This document shows, one piece after another, positions 46,201-58,010 of a stretch of 64,000 bases of DNA. Every line of letters starts with the position of its first letter. The first letter of the stretch is position 1. Source of the stretch: Mobula hypostoma (taxonomy: Eukaryota). The stretch covers positions 93,374,001-93,438,000 of the forward strand of contig NC_086107.1 in assembly GCF_963921235.1 (NCBI RefSeq), written 5' to 3'. Under the pieces are notes generated by a model. It did not search any database and was not told the origin of the DNA. It saw only the letters and a program-made list of their open reading frames with translations. The translations under genes and the position numbers were made by a program.

Positions 46201-46419
46201 CATCGTTATTAATTTACAGTACCTCATTCAGATCCTACACCTTTCTGTCTATCTGCATTGCACTTTCTTTGTTGCTGTTACACTTCATTCTGCATTGTTA
46301 CTCTTTTACCTTATTCTACTGCATTGATTGGATCTGTCTGAACAGTCTGCGAGACAAATTTTTTACTGTATCTCAACACCTGTGACAAGAATAAACTACA
46401 GTAATTCCAATTCCAGTCT

Positions 46420-46610
46420 ATTGAGGGATCAGTATTGTTTGGGAGATTGACAATGATTCCCTTGGTTTTTTTTTTGTTAATGCCAGGGGACCTTTTAGAT
46501 CCATCTGAGAGAGCAGGCTGAACCTCTGTCGATAGTCCCTATTGAGAGGAGATGCCTCTAGTGGTTCTGTGCTCTCTGAAACATCCCACTGGGTTTTTTT
46601 GCACTCTTGC
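46420..46610 (-). mobile_element. Second degraded Deu-domain SINE
   Basis: TTGAGGGATCAGTATTG...TGCCAGGGGACCTTTTAGATCCATCTGAGAGAGCAG. Confidence 0.5.
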
Positions 46611-46629
46611 CTTTGAGGTGCTTTTTGTG

Positions 46630-46900
46630 GTCAGTGTAGGCTGGAGGATGAAGATGGCCTGTCCTGGGGTTAGAGGGCTGTGTATGTGCATTAGCTGGAG
46701 GGAGGAATAGAGCTTGTTTTGATGCTTGCTGTGTTCTGTAACATTCTCTGAACAGTGTGGGCGCACTATGATGGTGCCAGAATGTGTGGCGACACTCGTG
46801 GCTGCCTCCAGCACATCCTTAAGTTGTGTTGGTTGTTAATGCAAATGACGTGTTTCACTGTATGTTTTAATGTACTTGTGATAAATAAATCTGAATCTGA
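46630..46900 (+). mobile_element. Non-autonomous retroposon 3' part ending in (TCTGAA)n
   Basis: The 3' region (GGTGCCAGAATGTGTGGCGACAC...TTTCACTGTATG...GATAAATAAATCTGAATCTGA) is shared with the V-SINE tails. Confidence 0.65.
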
Positions 46901-48612
46901 TTCTGAATCTAAATCTAAATCTGAATCTGAATCTGGATTTGGGTCTGGGTCTGCGTCTGGTTCTGGATCTGAGTCTGGGTCTGGATCCGGATCTGAGACT
47001 GGGTCTGGGTCTGGATCCGGATCTCAGTCTGGGTCTGGGTCGGGATCTGAATCTGGGGATGTGGATCTGGATCTGGATCCGGGTCTGAGTCTGGGTCAGG
47101 GTCAGGATCTGGATCTGGGGATGTGGATCTGGATCTGAATCTGAGTCTGGATCTGGATCTGAGTCTGGGTCTGAATCCAGATTTGAGTCTGAGTCTGGAT
47201 ATGGATCTGGGTCTGGGTCTGGGTCTGGATCTGGATCTATATCTGGATCTGCATCTGGATCTGGATCTGGATCTGAGTCTGAGTCTGGGTCTGGATCTGG
47301 ATCTGGATCTGGATCTGGGGGTGTGCATCTGGATCCGGTTCTGAGTCTAAGTCTGGGTCTGGATCTGGAACCGGATCTGAGACTGGGTCTGGGGCTGGAT
47401 CTGGGTCTGGGTTCGGATCTGGATCTGAGTCTGGGTCTGAATCCGGATCTGAGTCTGGGTCCGGATCTGGATTTGGATCTGGTTCTGGGTCTGGATCTGG
47501 ATCTGGGTCTAGGTCTGGATCTGGATCTGAATCTGAATCTGTATCTGGGTCTGGGTCTGCGTCCGGATCTGGATCTGGATCTGAATCTGGATTTGGGTCT
47601 GGGTCTGCATCTGGATCTGGATCTGAGTCTGGGTCTGGATCCGGATCTGAGACTGGGTCTGAGTCTGGATCCGGATCTCAGTCTGAGTCTGGGTCTGGAT
47701 CTGGATCTGGGTCTGGGTCTGGATCCGGATCTGAGTCTGGATCTGGGTCTGGGTTCGGATCTGGATCTGAGTCTGGGTCTGAATCCGGATTTGAATCTGA
47801 GTCTGGATATGGATCTGGGTCTGGGTCTGGGTCTGGATCTGGATCTATATCTGGATCTGCATCTGGATCTGGATCTGGATCTGAGTCTGGGCTGGGTATG
47901 GATCTGGATCTGGATCTGGGGATGTGGATCTGGATCCGGTTCTGAGTCTGAATCTGGGTCTGGATCCGGATCTGAGTCTGGGTCTGAATCTGGATCTGAG
48001 TCTGGGTCTGGATCTGGATCTGGGTCTGGATCCGAATCTGGGTCTGGATCTGGATCTGGGTCTAGGTCTGGATCTGGATCTGGATCTGAATCTGAATCTG
48101 GATCTGGGTCTGGATTTGAATCTGGATCTGGGTCTGGATCTGAATCTGGATCTGGATCTGAGTCTGGGTCTGGATCTGGATCTGGATCTGGATCTGAGTC
48201 TGGGGATGTGGATCTGGATCCGGTTCTGAGTCTGAATCTGGGTCTGGATCCGGATCTGAGTCTGGGTCTGGATCTGGAACCGGATCTGAGACTGGGTCTG
48301 GGTCTGGGTCTGGGTTCGGATCTGGATCTGAGTCTGGGTCTGAATCCGGATCTGAGTCTGGGTCTGGATCTGGATCTGGGTCTGGATCCGAATCTGGGTC
48401 TGGATCTGGATCTGGGTCTAGATCTGGATCTGCATCTGGATCTGAATCTGAATCTGGATCTGGGTCTGGATTTGAATCTGGATCTGGGTCTGGATCTGAA
48501 TCTGGATCTGGATCTGAGTCTGGGTCTGGATCTGGGTCTGGATCTGGGTCTAGGTCTGAATCTGGATCTGGGTCTGGATCTGAATCTGGATCTGGATCTG
48601 GATCTGGATCTG
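46890..48612. repeat. ~1.7-kb degenerate hexamer satellite (TCTGGA/TCTGGG/TCTGAA/TCTGAG)n
   Basis: Direct reading; the phase is shifted by GGGGATGTGGA-type interruptions near 47055, 47117, 47318, 47918 and 48202. Confidence 0.97.
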
Positions 48613-49089
48613 AAGCTAATGGACGCTCCACAGCTAACATGGGATAATGATTGGACAGCTGAGATCTGAGACAAAAAAAATCTAAAAATTAGGAGCACTC
48701 ATCTCTTCATCCCTGTTCCAGCTCTCAACAGAGTTAAGAACAATCACTTATTTCAGTACCCTGTTGCCTCCCTCTGCTTATATGTTGGTGGGTCCCTGGA
48801 ACGTACTGCTGTGGGTGATAGTGGAAACATATATAATAGGGGATTTAATAGAGGATTTAATATACACATGAACATGTAGAGAATGGAGGGATAGGGATTT
48901 GGTGTCATTTGCTTAATTAATTCAGCACAACATCATGGGCTGAAGAACCTGTTCTTGTGCTGTATACTTCTATGCTCTAAGCTATCTAAGTCTCTCTGCA
49001 GGCTCTCTGTTTCCTCAACACTACCAGCTCCTCCACCTATCATTGTATCATCAGCAAATGTAGCCACAAATCCTTTAATACTATAGTCC

Positions 49090-49950
49090 TGAAGGCTGAA
49101 GGGAAGTAGCTGTTTTTGAACCTGGCAGTGTTGGACTTCAGGCTTCTGTACCTTCTGTACAATGGTGGCTGTGAGAAGATGGCATGGTCACTAGTGGGGA
49201 TCTTTGATCATGGATGTTGCTTTTATGAGGCAATGCCTCCTGTAGATGCTACCAGTCGTGGAGAGGGATGTACCTGTGATGTATTGAGTAGAGTCCACTG
49301 TTCTCCACAGCATCTTATGTTCCTGTGTACTCAAATTGCTCTACCAGTCCCGAGTGACATGTCCTGGATGGCGAGGGTAGTTAGTGAAGGATGCTGCCTT
49401 CTTGATGCACCACCTCTCGAAGGAATCTGCCCGTGATGGAGCTGGACGAGTCTCCAACTCTTTGCAGCAGTCTTGAGATCTTGTGCGTTGGAGACTCCAT
49501 CCCAGGTTGTAGCACAACCAGTCAGAACACTCTCCACCTTACATCTACAGAAATATTTCAGGGTCTTTGGTGACATACCAAATCTCCTCACTCCTAATGA
49601 AGCAGAGCTGCTGCTGTGCCTACTTTGTGATTGCAACAATGTGTTGGGCCCAGGACAGATCCTTCGAGATGTTGACCTCCAGGAAGTTGAAGCTGCTCTC
49701 CCTTTCCACCATTGATCCCTCAACGAGGACTGGTGTGTGTTCCTTCGACTTGACCTTCTTAAAATGCGCCATCGTTTCTATGTTCTCGCTGATGTTGAGT
49801 GTGAGGCTGTTGTTGTAACTCCACTCACCCAGCTGATCTACCTCACTCCTGTATGCTTCCTAGTCACCACCTGGGTTTCTACTAACAACAGTGCGGTCAC
49901 TGGCAAATATACAGCTTGAGCTGTGCTTAGCCATTCAGTCTGAGTGTAGA
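49090..49950 (-). mobile_element. Degraded Rex1/Babar 3' fragment
   Basis: Minus ORF RRFGMSPKTLKYFCRCKVESVLTGCATTWDG. Confidence 0.85.
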
Positions 49951-50334
49951 GAGATTCTTAAACATCTTCCCAAAGGTGCTCCAAGATCTGCTCTGCACAG
50001 GAGAATAAGCTTAGTCCAGCTTCTCGCTGGGCTGAAACATACCAGGCTCTGAGAGCTGGTGGTGACAGAACATCAAGAGTGCAACAGTGGATTGAATTAA
50101 AAATCTAGCTGTTGGTAATCATTAATTTGTTATAAAGCAGACAGAATGGTGTGTGAGAGGATTAACAATACCTTATTGTGTTTAATCTTCTATGAAGTGA
50201 TTGAAAGTTTAAGGAGTTGGCCAAGAGCTAAATGTGCACAGTCCAGGTGAAAGGCCAATTTGTCAACTCCTGTCATGCTGTAATTTCTCTATGTTATTCC
50301 CCAAACATGTAAAGAAAGGAAGAGCAAAAAAGAG

Positions 50335-50645
50335 AAAGGTGTTTTGTTTGTCAGATGTATATTGAAACATAGAGTGAAATGCCTTCATTTGTGTTCATTA
50401 ACTAACATAGTCTGACAATGTGCTGCGGGCAGTTATGCTTACGGTGCCAATGTTGCATGCCCACAACTTACTAACGCTAAATCGTACATCTTGGAATGTG
50501 GGAGGAAACTGGAGCACCAGGAGGAAACCCTCATGTCCAAGAGAAGAACTCAACTACTCCTTACAGACAGCAGTGGGAACTGAACCCCAACCTTCCAACT
50601 GCTGGTGCTGTAAAGCATTATGCTAACCGCTATGATACAGCGCCA
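50335..50645 (-). mobile_element. V-SINE with Rex1-like tail
   Basis: GGAATGTGGGAGGAAACTGGAGCACCAGGAGGAAACCC; B-box reverse complement GGAACTGAACC. Confidence 0.8.
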
Positions 50646-50805
50646 TAAAGAGGGCAACAAATGCAACAAAGAGCAACAAAGATTCACCAGACTGATTTCT
50701 AGGAGACCACATTGATGTAGGGAAGAGTATGGATGGGTTAGGCTGATGGCTACTGGAGAATGAGAGAGAACCTCATCAAAACCAACAACGTTCTACCAAA
50801 TCTCT

Positions 50806-50949
50806 TTCAGTTAGTCCTGACGAAGGGTCTCAGCCCAAAACATCGACTGTACCTCTTCCTAGAGATGCTGCCTGGCCTGCTGCGTTCACCAGCAACTTTT
50901 GTGTGTGTTGCCTGAAATTCCAGCATCTGCAGATTTCCTTGTGTTTGCG
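50806..50949 (+). mobile_element. Short Penelope terminal-repeat copy with hammerhead-derived motif
   Basis: TTAGTCCTGACGAAGGGTCTCAGCCCAAAACATCGACTG...GTGTTTGCG. Confidence 0.85.
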
Positions 50950-51142
50950 AAGATACTCCTGTTGGCTGAAGACTCCACAACCAGGAGTAACTTCCAACTG
51001 AGATCAGGAGAAATTCCTCGCCTAGTGAGGGATGAACTGTGGAATTCTCTCCCAGAGAAACCAGTGGAGGCCAAGTCATTAAATGTGCTCAGGAGGTAAG
51101 TAGGTATAATTCATAATGCTAAAGGTATCAAGAGATATAGAG

Positions 51143-52646
51143 CAGTGGTCCCAAACTACCGGGCCGTGGACCAGTACCAGGCTGCAAAACATGTGCTACC
51201 AGGCCGCAAGGAAACGATATGATTTGGCAATATGGGTCAGCTGCACCTTTCCTCATTCCCTGTCATGCCCACTGTTAAGCTTGAGCACACGTGAGGTCAT
51301 TACCCACGCGAGGTCATCAGTCGGTATGAGTGAAAAACAAACGTCGCTTGAGAGTTTCTTTGGAAGTGATGGTAGGAGACATAAAAGGCCTAACGATGAT
51401 GATAACGCAGAGACAGCTGAGGCAGAGACTGCAAAAATGAAGAAAGTTTCCTTCAACAGAAAATACGACAAGTCGTACATAAAATATGGCTTTATTGCGA
51501 CCAGTGACTCAAATGTTCCAAGCCCCCTGTGTGTGATATGTGGAGACAAGCTGTCTAATAGCTACAGAGATTTCTTTCAGGAAGAAAAGTCACCACTGGC
51601 AGCACATTTCAGTGACGAGGAGTGGATAGCGAAACTCGCTTATCTGTGTGACATCTTCAACCTGCTCAACGAACCCAATTTGTCACTTCAGGGTAGAATG
51701 ACAACTGTCTTCAAGTTGGCAGATAAAGTGTCTGCTTTCAAAGTCAAACTGGAACTGTGGGGATGGCGAGTGGACAGGGGCATATTTGACATGTTCCCAA
51801 CATTAGCTGGGGTTTTGGGAGAGACTGAGGCTGCACCGTCTTTCTCACAGCTGGTGCACGATCACCTAACTTTGCTGTCGACAGAATTCGAGCATTACTT
51901 CCCAACTGCAAATGACCCAAGACATGCAAAGGAATGGGTCCGGGACCCATTTGTGAGTGTCCCCGGTGAATCATCCATGTCAGCGCGGGAAGAAGATCAA
52001 CTCCTCGAGCTTGCAAATGACGGTGGGCTGAAAAGTATGTTTGACATAACATCTCTGCCGGCATTCTGGATCAAAGTCAAGGCTGAATATCCTGAGACAG
52101 CCACGGAAGCACTGAAAACGTTGCTTCCATTTCCAACATCGTATCTCTGCGAAGCAGGATTTTCTGCAATGAATGCAACGAAAATTAAATTGCGGAATAG
52201 ACTGGACATAAGGAACCCCCTTCGAGTATCGCTGTCTCCCATCACCCCTCGATGGGACCATCTTGTTGCAGGGAAACAAGCCCAGGGCTCCCACTAATTC
52301 ACCTATATTGGTGTGTTGCAATGATTTTATATGTTCATAGGGGGGAAAATATGCACTGTGTGTTTAATATCCAAATGTTACTTAAAATGTTATGATGCTA
52401 TTGAGTTATAAGTGACTTATAATTGACTTATCGCTATATTCATGGGAGGAAAATATGCACTGTGTGTTTAATATTAAATTCATTAGATAAACCCTTTTAG
52501 AAACGAAATTGAGTGTATTAGCCACTTATAAGTGACTTATAGTTTCACCTATATTCCAGTCGTGATTAACACCGTCCCCCCCGGGTCGGCAAGAATATTG
52601 ACATTATTAAACCGGTCCGCAGTGCAAAAAAGGTTGGGGACCCCTG
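51143..52646 (+). mobile_element. hAT (Buster/Charlie group) DNA transposon, internally deleted
   Basis: TIRs CAGTGGTCCCAAAC / GGTTGGGGACCCCTG; 1504 bp; both flanks have the NNNTANNN pattern. Confidence 0.93.
51326..52297 (+). CDS. Truncated Buster-type transposase (ZBED5/SCAND3/FAM200-like): half BED finger fused in frame to the C-terminal dimerisation domain
   Basis: RKYDKSYIKYGF..PLCVICGDKLSN is joined directly to FSDEEWIAKLAYLCDIF..LSLQG..WVRDPF..FWIK..YP..LLPFPTSYLCEAGFS; 323 aa from the ATG at 51326. Confidence 0.85.
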   Translation: MSEKQTSLESFFGSDGRRHKRPNDDDNAETAEAETAKMKKVSFNRKYDKSYIKYGFIATSDSNVPSPLCVICGDKLSNSYRDFFQEEKSPLAAHFSDEEWIAKLAYLCDIFNLLNEPNLSLQGRMTTVFKLADKVSAFKVKLELWGWRVDRGIFDMFPTLAGVLGETEAAPSFSQLVHDHLTLLSTEFEHYFPTANDPRHAKEWVRDPFVSVPGESSMSAREEDQLLELANDGGLKSMFDITSLPAFWIKVKAEYPETATEALKTLLPFPTSYLCEAGFSAMNATKIKLRNRLDIRNPLRVSLSPITPRWDHLVAGKQAQGSH

Positions 52647-53490
52647 GCTTAGGGGAACGGGCAAAGAAGTGGCAAATGAAATATAATGTTGGAAAGTATA
52701 TGGTCATGCACTTTGGTGGACGAAATAAATGGGCAGACTATTATTTAGATGGGGAGAGAATTCAAAATGCAGAGATGCAAAGAGACTAGGGAGCCCTTGT
52801 GCAAAATACCCTAAAGGTTAATCTGCAGGCTGAGTCAGCTGTAAAGAAGGTGAATGCAATGTTCGCATTCATTTCTAGAGGTTTAGAATATATGAGCCAG
52901 GATGTGATGTGATGTGATGTGTGAGCCAGGATGTATTGTGTGCAGTTTTGGGCTCCTTATTTTAGAAAGGATAGACTGATATTGGAGAGGGTTCAGAGAA
53001 GATTCATGAGAATGATTCTAGGAATGAAAGAGTTACTGTATGAGGAATGTCTGGGACTCTTGGACTGTACTCACTGGAATTCAGGAGAATGAGGGGGAAT
53101 CTCATAGAAACATTCCAAATGTTAAAAAGCCTGAACAGATTAGATATGGCAAAGTTATTTCCCATGGTAGGGGATTCTAGGACAAGAGGTCACGACTTCA
53201 GGATTGAAGGACATCCTTTTAGAACTGAGATGCGAAGAAATTAATTTAGTCAGAGGGTGGTAAATCTGTGGAATTTGTTGCCACGAGCAGCTGTGGAGGC
53301 CAAGTCATTGGGTGTATTTAAGGCAGAGATAGATAGGTTCTTGATTAGCCGGGGCATCAAAGGGTATGGGGTGAAAGCAGGGGAGTGGGGATAACTAGAT
53401 GAAGTGGATCAGCCCATGATTGAATGGCGGAGAACTCAATGGGCCAAATGGCCTACTTCTGCTCCTATATCTTACGGTCTTATGGTCTTT
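52647..53490 (+). mobile_element. CR1 3' fragment
   Basis: LGERAKKWQMKYNVGK; LGLYSLEFRRMRGNLIETF; (TCTTATGG) tail. Confidence 0.9.
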
Positions 53491-53674
53491 TGGTTCTTGA
53501 ACCAACTGGCACAACCCTGATCGCTAGCACTTTGGACAGTTGGCATTAAAATAGCCTCAAATTTTGTTCTAATTGTGTTTCTTGTAACAAAAAATGCCAA
53601 TCTGTCAGTTGCTGCCATGCTGTAGTCTCTCTTTCTGTCAGTCCTGAAATGTGCAAAGAAACAGAGAGAAAGAA

Positions 53675-54668
53675 AGAGAAAGTTTAGTTTTATTTGTCAG
53701 ACGTACATCGAAACATTGAAACAGATAGTGAATTGTGTCTTTTGTGTCAACAGACAAACCGTCTGAGGTTGTGCTGGGGGCAGCCCGCAAGTGTCGCCAT
53801 GCTTCCAGTGCCAATATAGCAATCAAGTCAAGTTTATTGTCATTTAACTATATACATGTATATAATATTTATAACCATATAATGTACATAGAAATGAGAC
53901 AACGTTTCTCCAAACCAGGGTGCAAAGCACAGTAGTACACATAACACACAATAACTTCGGAAGATACGGATAAAATCTACAGATGAATCACACATAAATA
54001 ACAAACTAGAGTGCATTAACATTAAATATTGTAAGGTACGGAACAGACTAACCAGTGACACTTCAAATATGATGCATCAGGGAGTTCAGAAGCCTAATGG
54101 CCTGGGCAAGAAACTGTTTCCCTTCCTGACTGTTCTTGTTTTTATGACATCGAAAGTCAAAGAGGATGCTGGATGGATGGGTGAGATACTTAATAATACT
54201 AAGGGTCCTGTGTATGCATTAGGGTCCTGACCCGGATCTGGGCCGTACCCTCCAAATATCCGGACCTGCCTCTCGGTTTTTTTGCACTACCTTACTTTCC
54301 ATTTTTCTATTTTCTATTTATGATTTATAATTTAAATTTTTAATATTTACTATTGATTTGTAGTTCAGGGAGCGGGAAGCGCAAAATCAAATACCGCTGT
54401 GATGATTGTACATTCTAGTATCAATTGTTTGGTGACAATAAAGTATAAGGTATAAAGTATGCAGCACTGTTGATAAAAGCCCTCCACAACTGAATAGCCC
54501 TAACCCCATGTGTCTTTAGACTGTGGGAGGAAGTAGGAGCATCCGGAGGAATCCCACAATGGTCAGGGGGAGAGCGTAAAGATTTCTTACAGACAGCAGA
54601 AGGAATTGAACCCAAATCTGTGATTGCTAGCTTTGAGATAGCATTACGCTAAACTCTGCCTAACCATG
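53675..54668 (-). mobile_element. V-SINE split by a Rex1 3' fragment (53821-54478), which itself holds a TATAAAG-tailed insert (54219-54456)
   Basis: SINE tail at 53675-53820 and head/V-domain at 54480-54668; inner TSD GTATGCA at 54212-54218 and 54457-54463. Confidence 0.8.
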
Positions 54669-54724
54669 GGACTCTACAGTGAAAGTATTTCACAATATTT
54701 ATCTCCATAGTATGTCACTTTATT

Positions 54725-55170
54725 CTAAAATTGACAAGGATGTTGTCAGGACTTGAGGGCCTGAGTTATAGAGAAAGGTTGAATAAGTTAGAACTTTATT
54801 CCCTGAACTGGGGGAGAATGCGGGGAGATCTGATAGGGGTGTACAAAATTATGAGGCGTATAAATAGGGTAGATGCAAGCAGATTTTTTTCCACTGAGGT
54901 TGGGTGAGACTGGAACTAGAGGTCATAGCATAAGGGTGAAAGATGAAATATTTAAGGGAAAGTGAGGGGAAATGTCTTCACCCAATGGGTGGTGAGGGTA
55001 TGGAACGAACTGCCAACAGAAGTGGTGGATTCAGGTTCATTTTCAACATTAATGAGAAGTTTGTATGCGTACATGGAGGGCTATGGTCCAGGTGTAGTTA
55101 GATGGGGTTGGACAGAATAATAGTTTGGCATGAACTAGATGGGTCAAAGGGTCTTCTTCGGTGCTATAGT
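54725..55170 (+). mobile_element. CR1 3' fragment
   Basis: ACAAGGATGTTGTCAGGACTTGAGGGCCTGAGTTATAG... homologous to 24240-24700. Confidence 0.85.
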
Positions 55171-55479
55171 GCACTACTATTCAATGACTCATTGAAAGTG
55201 AAAGCAGGAGAAAGGGGAAAGATTAATTCCCTTCGGATCCTGTTAGCTTGGAATGTTGGACTGCGTACCTGCACTCTGCTCTCTTGGCCAAACCAGGAAA
55301 CTGCCCAGCTACGTGTCAGCATGGGGTGCATGACAGTCTGACGCCGTGGATCAGAGCCTAACCCTGGACAAACTGGAACCAACACTCCCGTGGACCCAGC
55401 CTGCTTGAGAGGTTGCAAGTACTTTGGTGAGGGCAATAATTCTTGGTGACTGGCAGGGGTTGGCAGTTCACAAGACAAA

Positions 55480-55755
55480 GGTAACATAGTTGTTAAAATT
55501 ACTCGATTAGCATCCACAGGATTGGATCGTAGATCCCAAGATATGTTTCAATCTCACCACAGCAACAGAGAATTTTGAATTCAGGTCATTAAATTCGACT
55601 GGAATAAAACTTGTACCTGTAATGATGGTCATGAGAGCTTGTAAAAATCCATCTGGTTCACTAACGACCTTCCAGGAAGAAAACCTGCCAACCGTACTCT
55701 GGTCAATGTGTGATTCTGACTCAGAAACGTGGCTGGTTCTTAACGACTTCTAGAG
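55480..55755 (+). mobile_element. Old tRNA-derived elasmobranch SINE, degraded
   Basis: GTAAAAATCCATCTGGTTCACTAACGACCTTCCAGGAAGAAAACCTGCC; an inverted related copy lies at 63540-63640. Confidence 0.55.
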
Positions 55756-56149
55756 GTCAGGAACAATTAAGTGGAACGTAGAACATGGAATAGTACGGCC
55801 TTGAACAAATCTCTTCGGCTCACGACGTTGTGCTGACCTTTTAACCTACTCCAAGATCAATCCAACCCTTCCCTCCCACACAATCCTCCATTTTTCTGTC
55901 TTCATGTGCCTATCTAAGAGTTTCTTAAAAGTTCCTGATGTGCAGTACTGTGCAAAAGTCTTGGACACATATATATAGCTAGGCTGCCTGAGACTTTTGC
56001 ATAGTACAGTAGCAATTTTATGTATTGCACTGTACTGCTGCTGCAAAAAAAAACATATTTCATGAAGTGTGAGTGATGATAAAACTGATTCTGATATGGG
56101 TCTCTATTGTGGACTGAGAGTGGGAAGAGGGCAGGGAGAGGGGAATCAG

Positions 56150-57991
56150 TGAGAGGCGAGATCGTAGTAAAGGGGGATGGAAATCATATAAAGGAACCCT
56201 TAGGAGACAGTGATCATAATATGATTGAATTTATACTGCAATTTGAGAGGGAGAAACATAAACCAGATGTATCAGTATCACAATGGAATAAAGGGGATTA
56301 CAGAGGAATGAAAAAGGAGCTTGCCCAGATGGATTGAAGGGGGATACTGGCAGGAATGACGGCAGAACAGAAGTGGCTGAAGTTTCTAGGATTAGATCAC
56401 AATGCGCAGGATAGGTATGTCCCACAGAAGAAGTTCTCAAATGGCGGGGCTAGGCAACCATGGCTAACAAGGGAAGTTAAGGACTACACAAAAGCCAAGG
56501 AAAGGTTATATAATGTAACAAAAGTGAGTGAGAAGTTGGACGATTGGGAAGCTTTTAAAATGCAACAAAAGACAACCAAAAAAACTATAAGAAGGGAAAA
56601 AAGATGAAATATGAAGGCAAATTAGCCGATAAGAAAAGCAGGGTACTAGAAGTATTTTCAGTAATATAAAGAGTAAAAGGGAGGTGAGAGTTAATATTAG
56701 AACACTGGAAAATGATGCTGGTGAGGTAGTAATGGGGGTCAAAGAAATGGCAGATGAACTTAATAAATATTTTACTTCCGTCTTGACTGTGGAAGACATT
56801 AGCAGTGTGCCAGAGGTCCGTGAGTGTCAGGGAGCAGGAGTGAGTGCCATTGCTATTACAAAGGAGAAAGTGCCAGGCAAACTGAAAAGTCTTAAGGTGG
56901 ATAAGTCACCTGGACCAGATGGACAACATCCCAGAGTCCTGAAAGAGGTTGCTGAAGAGATAATGGACGCATTGGTTAAGATCTTCCAAGAATCACTTGA
57001 TTCTGACATGGTTCCGGAGGGCTGGAAAACTGCAAATGTCACTCCACACTTTAAGAAGGGAGGAATACAAGAGAGAGGAAATTTGTTGGAGGGTTAGATA
57101 GTGTTGAGGAAGCAATGCAATTTCAGCAAGACTTAGACAAATTGGAAGAATGGACCAAAAAAGTGGCAGATGGAATACAGTATTGGGAAATGTATGATAA
57201 TGCATTGGTAGAAAGAAAAAAAGTGCAAACTATTGTCTAAGTGGTGAGAAGGTTCAAACATCAAAGGTGCAAAGGGGCTCAAGAGTCCTTGTGTATAACT
57301 CCCAGAAAGTTACTTCACAGCATGAGTCTGTGTAGAGAAGGCAAATGCAATGTTGCCATTTATTTCATGGGGAATATAATATAAAAGCAAGGAGATGACG
57401 CTGAAGCTTTATCAGCTACTAGTCAACAGCACTTGGAACATTGTCAACAGTTTTGGGCCCCTTATCTCAGAAAGGATATATTGTCATTGGAGAGAGTCCA
57501 GAAGAGGTTCACAAGGATAATTCTGTAAATGAAGTGGCTAACATATGAGGAGCATTTGGCAGCTTTGGGTCTGTACTCACTGGAATGTAGAGGAATGCGT
57601 AGGGATCTCATTGAAACCTACTGAATGTTGAAAGGACTAGATAAGGTGGATGTGGAGAGGATGTTTCCTCTGGTGGGGGTATCCAGAACTAGAGGGCACA
57701 GCCTCAAAATTGAGGGGCGACCTTTTAGAACAGAAGTAAGGAGGAGTATTTTTAGCCAAAGAGTGGTGAAGTTGTGAAATGCTCTGTCACAGACTGCGGG
57801 GGAGGCCAAGACTGTAGTTATTTAAAGCGGAAGTTGATAGTTTCCTGATTGGTCAGGGCATCAAGGGATATGGCGAGAGGGCAGGTGTATGGGATTAAAT
57901 GGGATTTGGGATCAGCCACGATAAAATGGCAGAGCAGACTCAAAGGGCTGATGGACTAATTCTGCTCCAATGTCTTCTGGTCTTCTGGTCT
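56150..57991 (+). mobile_element. Degraded CR1 with an internal RT deletion near 57085
   Basis: EPLGDSDHNMIEF; KVDKSPGPDGQHPRVLKE; (TCTTCTGG)n tail. Confidence 0.9.
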
Positions 57992-58010
57992 AAGGAAGAG
58001 GTGAGGGAGT

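Noticed and set aside
46836..48698. 620-aa RS-rich and 448-aa LD/LG-rich ORFs as SR or structural proteins
   Set aside because: They are translations of a hexamer satellite, open on both strands, with no unique domain or splice context.
51116..52297. Host gene ZBED5/SCAND3/FAM200
   Set aside because: It is enclosed by TIRs, internally deleted and embedded in CR1 debris; the listed upstream ATG lies outside the element.
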